Virus record (IMG/VR): IMGVR_UViG_3300027227_000004
Source: an uncultured virus (IMG/VR IMGVR_UViG_3300027227_000004)
Taxonomy: Duplodnaviria; Heunggongvirae; Uroviricota; Caudoviricetes
Direction: 5' to 3' (one strand)
Length of the DNA: 20,000 nucleotides
Within the stretch, counting starts at the first letter, position 1. The number at the start of each line of letters is the position of its first letter. The notes beneath the pieces are model-generated. The model had not been told where the DNA came from, did not search any database, and saw only the letters and a list, made by a program, of their open reading frames with translations. This document shows positions 1 to 7,860 of the stretch, one piece after another. Both the position numbers and the translations under genes were made by a program.

Positions 1-43
1 ACTAACTATGTACAATGCCTATAGAAAGTAAAGAAAGTTAAAA

Positions 44-2206
44 ATGACAGTACTAGACAAGCTAGTAGAAGACTTGACATACCGTATAAATACTCTTGAT
101 AATCGCAATCGGGCAAGTTATATTAAGGCTATGCCAGCCAAAGATATTATTGAGTTTTCGTACACTCATGTACTAAAAGGATTAGAAAGGAAAGCATCAC
201 TAGTAGAGGTATCAACAAGTATTGGTCGTCGGTTACGACAGAAAATGAGACTTGAACAAGACAGTATTCTTGAGGCTCAGGGTGGATGGTTCGTTTTAAT
301 CTCTTATATCGAAGTAGGTATACTCGGCTATAAGAAGAAACACATGTATAAGAACGGTAAGAAAGACAAACACAGATCTTACAGTTTGTTTGCATCAGAC
401 TGGAAAGCTATTAAGGAGCTAATGGATCTTGTTGACAATGAAAAGTGTGACATGTTTCCAGTCAACACTCCACCAAAATCGTGGGACGGATCTGCTTATC
501 ATCAAACCACAGGTATTAGTGTAATTAAGAAAGGCCACTCATTAGCCTTAAATTACTTTGAAGCTAATGATATGAGTTATATTCTCAAAGTTCTAAACAA
601 GCTAACTTCAACAGCTTGGCGTATTAACGAGCCTGTGTTTAATGTGTTCAAACAATGTTTACGGTCAAAAGAGAACCCTTTCAAGTTTACGAAGGAAATT
701 GATCCAATTAAACGGGCTTCGTTGATTATTGAAGTTGAAGCAATTGAAAGACTAGCGGAGAAGAATCTCGGGCTACCGTTCTATCACCTCTACAACTTGG
801 ATTTCCGTGGTCGAATCTACCCTAACACAGCCTTTTTGCACGAGCAGTCAAGCGACAATGCTAAGGGATTGCTCTTACTCGATGAGCCTGTTAGGCTTGG
901 AGAAACTGGCCTCTACTGGTTATCCGTTCATACTGCAAACTCGTGGGGTAATGACAAGGTTTCTCTTGACGACCGTGCTCAATGGGTTCAAGATAACTTA
1001 GACGACATCCTGATTTATGCAAGCGATCCTATGCGTTATACAGGCTGGATGAGTGCGGATAAACCGTTTACTTTCCTTGCCTGTTGTATGGAATTTTCTA
1101 TGCTCTCTCACTGGCATGGTCAGGGTATGGAAACAGAAGACTTCCCTAGTTGTTTGCCAGTTTACATCGACGGTTCTAACAATGGTGTTCAGCACCTAGT
1201 TGCTATGTCTCAAGATGAAGAGGTAGCTCCTCTTGTTAACCTAGTTCCACAAGAACTTCCCGGTGATGTTTACATGTTCATTGCTAACAAAGTCTGGAGA
1301 AGACTTCGAAGTATGCAAGACAAGTTACCTAACGGGCTTGTTGAAAGCTTTGACACGGTATTTGACGAGGCTAGACGGCTTCAACGAGAGTATGATGCAG
1401 CTTCTGACAAGTCAGAACGCAAGACAATTGCCTTTCGAGAGGCTCAATCTTGGCGTAATGAGAATCGCAATCTTAGAGAGAAACTCTTTCCTGTATACTG
1501 GAATCGAATCACTGACAAGAAAATTCGACGAAAGACAGTTAAGCGTAACGTTATGACTCTTGGTTACGGTGGCACGGCTTATGGTATGGGTCAACAAGTT
1601 ATTGAGGATACACGAGAACTCTCTGAATATCTTCGAGATAAAGAACACTTGTGGGGAGCTATGCTGGGCACTTTAGTATACAAGACTTGTTACGAAGAAC
1701 TTAAAGGACCAGCTACTTTACTGAGCATGTTCCAAAAGTTAGCTGAACGGGCTAATGACGACAAGCTTCATTTAAAATGGCAATCCCCAATCACTAACTT
1801 CCCCGTAGTACAAGCTTACCTAAAGCCAATTACAAAGCGAACAGAGCTTAAATACGGCGATGACATTTTAAAAGTCAATATCCAAGTGTGGGAAGAAGCT
1901 GTAATTAATGAGTCTAAACAGCGAACTGGTGCAGCACCTAACATTGTTCATAGCTTAGATGCTGTTCATTTGACAAGTGTTGTTCACGATTCTAATTATC
2001 TTGTTACTGTTGTTCACGACTCTTTTGGTTGTCATGCAGGTAACATGGAAGATATGTTTATGCTTGTTCGTGAGAAGTTTGTTGAGCTTTATGAGGCTCA
2101 ACCGCTTGAGAACATTTTAACACAACTTAACTCAAAAGATCTTATCCTAGAGAAAGGTACACTAGATGTCCGACAAGTCTTATACTCCGATTTTGCATTC
2201 GCTTAA
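44..2206 (+). CDS. Single-subunit (T7/SP6-like) DNA-dependent RNA polymerase, 720 aa
   Basis: DFRGRIY, motif A DGSNNGVQH, motif B RKTVKRNVMTLGYG, PNIVHSLDA, motif C HDSF and a C-terminal FAFA as in T7 RNAP. An in-frame TAA at 29-31 shows the gene is not cut by the window edge. Confidence 0.97.
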   Translation: MTVLDKLVEDLTYRINTLDNRNRASYIKAMPAKDIIEFSYTHVLKGLERKASLVEVSTSIGRRLRQKMRLEQDSILEAQGGWFVLISYIEVGILGYKKKHMYKNGKKDKHRSYSLFASDWKAIKELMDLVDNEKCDMFPVNTPPKSWDGSAYHQTTGISVIKKGHSLALNYFEANDMSYILKVLNKLTSTAWRINEPVFNVFKQCLRSKENPFKFTKEIDPIKRASLIIEVEAIERLAEKNLGLPFYHLYNLDFRGRIYPNTAFLHEQSSDNAKGLLLLDEPVRLGETGLYWLSVHTANSWGNDKVSLDDRAQWVQDNLDDILIYASDPMRYTGWMSADKPFTFLACCMEFSMLSHWHGQGMETEDFPSCLPVYIDGSNNGVQHLVAMSQDEEVAPLVNLVPQELPGDVYMFIANKVWRRLRSMQDKLPNGLVESFDTVFDEARRLQREYDAASDKSERKTIAFREAQSWRNENRNLREKLFPVYWNRITDKKIRRKTVKRNVMTLGYGGTAYGMGQQVIEDTRELSEYLRDKEHLWGAMLGTLVYKTCYEELKGPATLLSMFQKLAERANDDKLHLKWQSPITNFPVVQAYLKPITKRTELKYGDDILKVNIQVWEEAVINESKQRTGAAPNIVHSLDAVHLTSVVHDSNYLVTVVHDSFGCHAGNMEDMFMLVREKFVELYEAQPLENILTQLNSKDLILEKGTLDVRQVLYSDFAFA

Positions 2207-2543
2207 AAAGAACGATATTGTAGAAGTTACGGGTGGTTACTTTCCAGATTTCACAGGAGAAGTCGTAGAGGTAGATACAGAAGCCGAACGAGTAGTAGTT
2301 TGGTTTGAGCATGTCACTACTACAGAATTCTCAGACTTTCATGTGGAATATTACGGCGAGGGTATCAATTATCTTCATTGTCCTATGTCAACCGTCCGGC
2401 CAAAACTGGAAGAAGTATTTAGACTTCTTAACGACGCCGCAGCCATTATGGAAGATACTGGTGGGGTAGAAAGCAACATGTTAGACGAGGTTGCAGATTT
2501 AATTATGCAAGCTGCTATAAAACTAAAGGCCTTTGGCAACTAA
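2166..2543 (+). CDS. KOW/NusG-CTD-like domain protein
   Basis: KNDIVEVTGGYFPDFTGEVVEVDTEAERVVV resembles the NusG KOW motif. GAAAGG RBS upstream; overlaps the RNAP 3' end by 41 nt. Confidence 0.65.
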   Translation: MSDKSYTPILHSLKKNDIVEVTGGYFPDFTGEVVEVDTEAERVVVWFEHVTTTEFSDFHVEYYGEGINYLHCPMSTVRPKLEEVFRLLNDAAAIMEDTGGVESNMLDEVADLIMQAAIKLKAFGN

Positions 2544-2546
2544 AAT

Positions 2547-2566
2547 TACCCGACCTTAAAGAACAA
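2547..2566 (+). promoter_or_regulatory. Putative phage RNAP promoter, copy 1 (TACCCGACCTTAAAGAACAA; predicted +1 = 2561)
   Basis: Intergenic member of a 20-bp repeat family, followed by a GGAG RBS and ATG 2585. Confidence 0.85.
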
Positions 2567-2584
2567 TACATATACGGAGACAAC

Positions 2585-2839
2585 ATGTCAGACCTACGTA
2601 CAGAGAATTTTCTTGCAATTCTACCCTCACTCCAAACGGGGGATATTCTTATTATTGCAGAAACAGAAGATCTACCTTCATCCGTCTTTCGGATTGATGA
2701 AGTAGGTGATGGCTTCATTACGGGTTATGCATCTTTTGATGATAACGAAGATGAAGAAGAGTATGGTGAACTTTATGAAGAAGATTACCATCTTGTTCAG
2801 CAGGTTATTATTGACCTGACCGAAGTAAAAGAAGAATAA
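2585..2839 (+). CDS. Small highly acidic hypothetical protein
   Basis: GGAG RBS; 24 D/E versus 3 K/R in 84 aa. Confidence 0.8.
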   Translation: MSDLRTENFLAILPSLQTGDILIIAETEDLPSSVFRIDEVGDGFITGYASFDDNEDEEEYGELYEEDYHLVQQVIIDLTEVKEE

Positions 2840-2891
2840 AACAACCTAACGTAAACAACCTTAATTATATTAATCCAAAAGGAAAACAGCA

Positions 2892-3539
2892 ATGGCTATC
2901 GTAAAAAACGTCGAACTATGGTGGGTAAAGTGTGATGCAAAGCGTCCAATCAAGAATCAGGATGCTGGTAAACCAGATTACTGGGAAATTCAGCTTCGCA
3001 CTACTGACAAAAAGCTCGCTCTAGAATGGGCTAAAGAGAATGTTAAGTTCAAACCACTAAAGCGGACTCTTCGTGACGAAGAAGGTAATCCTATTCTAGA
3101 TGATATGGGTGAAGAGCAATCAGAACTTGTTCTATCAGATGAAGGTAAACCCTACTTTGCAGTAAAAGTTCGGCGTAAGGTTCGTAAGAACGAAGAAGAT
3201 AATATTGAACTAGACAACAACGGTGAGCCAAAGATCGTTAAGTTTGTTGGGGGTAATCTTCAGAAGATTGATCCTAATACCGTTGGTAACAAGTCAGTAG
3301 GCAATGTTAACCTTTATCAATACCCCTATTCTTTCAAGCAAAACGGTAAGACTGTAGAAGGTATTGCTAACACACTAATGAGCGTACAAGTCACTAAACT
3401 TCACAAGTATGAAAGCAAGTCCTCAGAAGGATTTGAAATGACAGACATGGAGGTTATTGACGGTTCTGGTAATGTGTCTCGTGCAACCGAGAGTGCAGAC
3501 CACGATGACAACGATATCGACGATGATATCCCGTTTTGA
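2892..3539 (+). CDS. ssb: Single-stranded DNA-binding protein (gp2.5-like)
   Basis: Size, position in the replication module, VGNKSVGNV...SVQVTKL pattern, acidic tail ending DDDIPF. Confidence 0.75.
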   Translation: MAIVKNVELWWVKCDAKRPIKNQDAGKPDYWEIQLRTTDKKLALEWAKENVKFKPLKRTLRDEEGNPILDDMGEEQSELVLSDEGKPYFAVKVRRKVRKNEEDNIELDNNGEPKIVKFVGGNLQKIDPNTVGNKSVGNVNLYQYPYSFKQNGKTVEGIANTLMSVQVTKLHKYESKSSEGFEMTDMEVIDGSGNVSRATESADHDDNDIDDDIPF

Positions 3540-3550
3540 TTAAAACAAGG

Positions 3551-3577
3551 AGGGGGAGCTTAACGGCTCTCCCTTTT
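3551..3577 (+). terminator. Rho-independent terminator
   Basis: Stem AGGGGGAGCT / GGCTCTCCCT with loop TAAC, then a T-tract, just after the SSB stop. Confidence 0.8.
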
Positions 3578-3601
3578 AATTCTAATTAGTCAGGAAATAC
3601 T

Positions 3602-4165
3602 ATGTATAATCGTGATGTAAAGCTAATTCAAGATCATGTTCTAAAGACTGGTCCAGAAGGAATTGTAGACGTATTCACCGCAGTTATTGCGACGATTAGG
3701 ACACCTTTTTACCGCATTGTCCATATAACTAATGACATTAAGAAGAATAAACAAAGCTCGAAACAACTCTGGGGTCATAAAAAAGACAGTTATACTGATG
3801 TAGTAAAACGTAAAGAGGAACTATACGAGTTGTTTGAAAGCTCTGCACCAGAAAAACTCTTATATAAAGAAGTGCTAAAGATAAAAGGTCTTGGTCTAGC
3901 AAAGGCAGGCTTCGCTTTACAGATGCTAGGTTACAATGTTGCCTGTCTTGACACACACAATCTCAAACGACTGGGATATGGCTCATCTCACTTCAATCGT
4001 AAAGATCGCTTAGAAGAATACCTAGAAGTTGTTAAGAAAGAAGGGGCGGAGTACTGGTGGGATACATGGTGTAACTTAATACCACAAACTTCCGGTAAAA
4101 ATCGTGATTTTAAGGATGCTGATGAGGTATCCTATACCCATACTATCGCAGTAAGAGGATACTGA
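3602..4165 (+). CDS. HhH-superfamily DNA glycosylase/AP lyase (Ogg2-like)
   Basis: LKIKGLGLAKAGFALQMLGYNVACLDTHNLK: an HhH hairpin with Lys, then the catalytic Asp-x-His pattern of archaeal/Thermotoga 8-oxoG glycosylases. Confidence 0.7.
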   Translation: MYNRDVKLIQDHVLKTGPEGIVDVFTAVIATIRTPFYRIVHITNDIKKNKQSSKQLWGHKKDSYTDVVKRKEELYELFESSAPEKLLYKEVLKIKGLGLAKAGFALQMLGYNVACLDTHNLKRLGYGSSHFNRKDRLEEYLEVVKKEGAEYWWDTWCNLIPQTSGKNRDFKDADEVSYTHTIAVRGY

Positions 4166-4169
4166 TAAA

Positions 4170-4610
4170 ATGACACATTTTAATATCTATCTTGCAGGCC
4201 CAATTGAGAACGCTACTATCGAAGAAATGAGCTGGTGGCGTAAAGGAATTATTGATGAAATGCAGCTATACCCTGTCAACTTTCTAGATCCTACCCGAAG
4301 AGAACCTGTTCATCTACAGTCTCGTTATGCTCTTACAGGCAATCAACGGCGTAATCTCTACAATCAAATTATGACACAGGATCTTATGGATATCGATCGA
4401 TCAGATCTTATCTTTGCTAATATCCGTTCGGTAGATGGACGAGGTATTGGTACCGCTATGGAGATTATGTATGCAAGTCTTCAGAGGAAACCAATTATTG
4501 CATGGTCAGGGAAAGATGACCAACATCACCCTTTCTATGAGTCGCTTGTAACAGAAAAGCATCACAATCTTGATGAAGCAATCGAAGCAATGCGGAGCTA
4601 TGTAAAATGA
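4170..4610 (+). CDS. Nucleoside 2-deoxyribosyltransferase-like / nucleotide N-hydrolase (NDT/DNPH1 family)
   Basis: IYLAGPI, DLMDIDRSDLIFAN, GIGTAMEIMYA and KPII motifs. Confidence 0.85.
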   Translation: MTHFNIYLAGPIENATIEEMSWWRKGIIDEMQLYPVNFLDPTRREPVHLQSRYALTGNQRRNLYNQIMTQDLMDIDRSDLIFANIRSVDGRGIGTAMEIMYASLQRKPIIAWSGKDDQHHPFYESLVTEKHHNLDEAIEAMRSYVK

Positions 4611-4792
4611 GACTTTACACTGTAGAGCTACTTGATGCAGACGGTTATTGGGAAGCCACTCCAACTGGTTATACTAGTAAAGAGACTGCGATTAATAAGG
4701 CTATGACTATTAAGGAAAAAGAAGAGATGGTCAGAGTAGTAGTTCAAGAAGTTATTTATGAATTTGCAGATGGAGAGGAGTGGTTTGCATGA
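4607..4792 (+). CDS. Hypothetical protein
   Basis: GGAG RBS, ATGA-type coupling to neighbours. Confidence 0.7.
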   Translation: MRLYTVELLDADGYWEATPTGYTSKETAINKAMTIKEKEEMVRVVVQEVIYEFADGEEWFA

Positions 4793-4995
4793 CTATGGAT
4801 GAAGCATTTGTTAGCCCAGAAGATAAATGGACTGACTGGGAACTTCTGGAAGATATGTATGAAGAACGAGCAGCTATCTTACAATTTGAAGCTAATTACT
4901 CTCAATTTGAAGCCGAGAATTTAGCTGCTCAGATGTATGGATTCTATAATAAAGCACATCTAAAATACCATATTCAAGAGCTTAAGGCAAAATGA
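4789..4995 (+). CDS. Hypothetical phage protein (EERAAI motif)
   Basis: GAGGAG RBS favours ATG 4789; the EERAAILQFEA...EAE pattern is common in phage proteins. Confidence 0.7.
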   Translation: MTMDEAFVSPEDKWTDWELLEDMYEERAAILQFEANYSQFEAENLAAQMYGFYNKAHLKYHIQELKAK

Positions 4996-5426
4996 CTAAA
5001 GACTACAACCGAGTAGAAATGCGTATTTTAAAAGAAATACATAAGGAAAAGCAGATGAAAGATAAAGCAGAAGATAGACCGTTTCGAGAGGAGATCCCTG
5101 AACTTATGGGAAAAATCTTTGATGACACACCGGACTTTCATGGTGACTTTAAAAGTATGAGTGAGGAACAGCAAGATGCAATCATTAACCCTCAACACTA
5201 TAAACTGATTTCTCGAGAAGCTTATGAAAAGTTCCCGAATGGTCTTGAATATATGAACTTGATGGAATATATTCTTGCTCATCATAAAGGTGTCGAGGCA
5301 CATTTACTAGGCCAGATTTTTAAGTATGCAATGCGTCTTGGTAAGAAAGATGATGATCTTCAAGATGCCAAGAAAATTCAGTGGTATGCAAACTATCTCG
5401 TTAACGTAATCAAGGAACGTTCCTAA
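4992..5426 (+). CDS. DUF3310 / T7 gp1.7-like protein (putative nucleotide kinase)
   Basis: INPQHY, GQIFKYAMRLGKKD, QDAKKIQWY. Confidence 0.8.
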   Translation: MTKDYNRVEMRILKEIHKEKQMKDKAEDRPFREEIPELMGKIFDDTPDFHGDFKSMSEEQQDAIINPQHYKLISREAYEKFPNGLEYMNLMEYILAHHKGVEAHLLGQIFKYAMRLGKKDDDLQDAKKIQWYANYLVNVIKERS

Positions 5427-5674
5427 TGTCTTATGAAGAAGTCATTGCTCGTGTTATGAGAGTAGCAAGCATTGTCGAGCTTGATGCTAAAAACCAAGAT
5501 AACAAAGAACGTATGAAAGAGATCATTAATCTTGCAAGAATCTTGAAATTTCAAACAAATGAGGTTCAACAAGAACTGAATGATCTAAAAGAATGGGTTG
5601 CTCAATACATTGAAATGTCTCAAGATGACTTTGACAAGTACTGGCGACAACAAAGAGTGAATTTTTACAAGTAA
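5426..5674 (+). CDS. Hypothetical helical protein
   Basis: AAGGA RBS, TAATG overlap. Confidence 0.7.
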   Translation: MSYEEVIARVMRVASIVELDAKNQDNKERMKEIINLARILKFQTNEVQQELNDLKEWVAQYIEMSQDDFDKYWRQQRVNFYK

Positions 5675-5680
5675 TTACGA

Positions 5681-5700
5681 TATCTGACCTTAAAGAACAA
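5681..5700 (+). promoter_or_regulatory. Putative phage RNAP promoter, copy 2 (TATCTGACCTTAAAGAACAA; predicted +1 = 5695)
   Basis: Intergenic, heads the DNA polymerase gene run, followed by an AGGAG RBS. Confidence 0.85.
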
Positions 5701-5713
5701 CTAGGAGAAAACT

Positions 5714-5878
5714 ATGACTGATTATCGGTTTGTTCGTAAGATTGCTAAGATGTATCGTGACATGCATCCTGATTACTCAATCCGGAAAGCTGTGTTTAGG
5801 GCCTACGAAGCTTATGAGTTCTATCGTGAAACTGAAATCAAAATCATGGATGAACACTATGAAAAGGGGTATCAATGA
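5714..5878 (+). CDS. Hypothetical protein, 54 aa (not in ORF track): MTDYRFVRKIAKMY...EKGYQ
   Basis: AGGAG RBS; ATGA overlap with the DNA polymerase start. Confidence 0.75.
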   Translation: MTDYRFVRKIAKMYRDMHPDYSIRKAVFRAYEAYEFYRETEIKIMDEHYEKGYQ

Positions 5879-7860
5879 AACGTTATGTATTCGATATTGA
5901 AACAGATAACTTACTGAGGAAACTGACTACATTTCACTGTGCTGGTGTTAAAGACCATGATACAGGTGAAGAGTGGTTCTACAATTCCAATAATCAAGGC
6001 GACTTTCAGGCATTTCTTGATAAGCTCGATGAAGCCGATGTCATTGTAGCGCATAATGCGTGGGGATTTGACGTCCCTGCGCTTATGAAACTAGCACCTT
6101 ACTGGACACCTAAAGCCAAAGTTACTTGTACAAAAGTGCTATCACAAGTTTTAAACTTCGCAAGATTTTCAACTGAGAGTAAGGACTATCGTAGGTATTT
6201 AGCTGTCAGACAGAAAAGACTAGAAAAGGGCGACACTTCTGTAAAAAAAGTTATTCAAGGTTCAGGACATAGTCTTGCTCGCTGGGGTATTTATCTTAGT
6301 GATTATAAGGGTGAATTTAATGATTTCTCTCAATTCTCTGAAGAGATGTATGAATACTTAAAGCAAGATGTTAGACTAGGTGCTAAGGTGTATGCAACAC
6401 TCTTAGACGAGCTTAAAGTGCATATCACTAAGAGTAAGAGCCGTAAGATTCTAGATGCTATTGAAGTTGAGCATCAAATGGAAAGGATTATGACTGAGGA
6501 AACTCAGAACGGTTGGAAAATGAATTTAAACGGGCTTTCTGATATTAAGCAGAAGCTTGAAGACAAAATTAAAGAATATTCCGATGAGATTAATCCAAAG
6601 CTTCTTGTTTATGTTACTAGCCCTGATATGTCAGGCAAAGCTCTAAATGAACTTAGAGAGCAGATTAAAGAATTAAAAAAGAAAGGCGAGCTAGAGGAAA
6701 ACTGGCCCGAAGCAAAATATGTCAAGACGGTCTTCACCAAGAAAGGTAAACTTACAGCCCACGTATCCAATTATTTTGAGCTTGATCCTGACACCTCAAT
6801 TGATTCTAGCCCCGTTCTCGGCCCTTACACTCGTGTCTCTCTTACTCGTGGTGATATCGGTAATACAGATCAGGTCAAGGATTACTTATCTACAATCGGG
6901 TGGGAGCCAGATGAATGGAACTGGAAGAGAGACGAAAATGGAAAATTCAACAAGACTTCCTCAAAGCTCACAGAGTCTTCACTTGAGCCACTTGGAAGAG
7001 TAGGCGAAGTAATTAATGAGTTTTATACGCTACGTTCACGTCTTAGTATTATTAATGGTTGGGATGAACATATTGACGTTAATAACCGTTTACACGGTGA
7101 CGTCTTTAATATCGGAACACCTACCTTCAGACAGACCCACAATATCATCGCAAACCTTCCCTCCGGAAGCGCCACACTAGGCCCAGAAATCCGTAGTGCA
7201 TTTATTGCAGATGAGGGAAAAGTTCTAGTATCTGCTGACTCCGCTGCTTGTCAGTTGAGGCTTCTTGCTCACTTTATGGATGATCCAAAGTTTACTAGAG
7301 AGTTGCTTGAAGGTGATGTTCATCAACTAAATGCTGATATTATTGAATGCACACGACCACAAGCTAAAAGATTTATCTTTGCTTACCTTTATGGTGCGGG
7401 TGCTCCTAAACTTAGTGGGTATATCGATAAATCAGTAGAAGAAACTAAGAAGTCAATTTCTCGTTATAAGAAGAAGCTACCTAAGTTAGCTAAACTTATC
7501 GACAATGTTTCTTCTCAAGTTAGACAGAATGGGTACGTTGTTGGTCTCGATACAAGAAAACTATGCCTAGATGCTTCTGAACAGCACAAAGCTCTTAACT
7601 ACCTTATTCAAGGTGCAGAGGCTGTAATTATGAAAGCTACTGTTGTAATGATTGATCAGAAACTAAAAGAAGCAAATATTGACTTTAAACATCTGCTATT
7701 CTATCACGATGAACATACTGTTGAAGTTCGTGAAGATCAGGCTGAAGAAGCTCGTGGTATTATTATGAAATGCTTTGCAGAAGCACCGAAGGCCTATGGT
7801 ATCAACATTATGACCTGCGGCGATTGCAAAATTGGTAAAGATTATTACGAAGTACACTAA
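5875..7860 (+). CDS. polA: Family A DNA polymerase with 3'-5' exonuclease
   Basis: ExoI FDIET, ExoII HNAWGFD, ExoIII YLKQDV; motif A DSAACQLR, motif B RPQAKRFIFAYLYG (Phe at the 762-equivalent), motif C HDE. Confidence 0.97.
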   Translation: MKRYVFDIETDNLLRKLTTFHCAGVKDHDTGEEWFYNSNNQGDFQAFLDKLDEADVIVAHNAWGFDVPALMKLAPYWTPKAKVTCTKVLSQVLNFARFSTESKDYRRYLAVRQKRLEKGDTSVKKVIQGSGHSLARWGIYLSDYKGEFNDFSQFSEEMYEYLKQDVRLGAKVYATLLDELKVHITKSKSRKILDAIEVEHQMERIMTEETQNGWKMNLNGLSDIKQKLEDKIKEYSDEINPKLLVYVTSPDMSGKALNELREQIKELKKKGELEENWPEAKYVKTVFTKKGKLTAHVSNYFELDPDTSIDSSPVLGPYTRVSLTRGDIGNTDQVKDYLSTIGWEPDEWNWKRDENGKFNKTSSKLTESSLEPLGRVGEVINEFYTLRSRLSIINGWDEHIDVNNRLHGDVFNIGTPTFRQTHNIIANLPSGSATLGPEIRSAFIADEGKVLVSADSAACQLRLLAHFMDDPKFTRELLEGDVHQLNADIIECTRPQAKRFIFAYLYGAGAPKLSGYIDKSVEETKKSISRYKKKLPKLAKLIDNVSSQVRQNGYVVGLDTRKLCLDASEQHKALNYLIQGAEAVIMKATVVMIDQKLKEANIDFKHLLFYHDEHTVEVREDQAEEARGIIMKCFAEAPKAYGINIMTCGDCKIGKDYYEVH

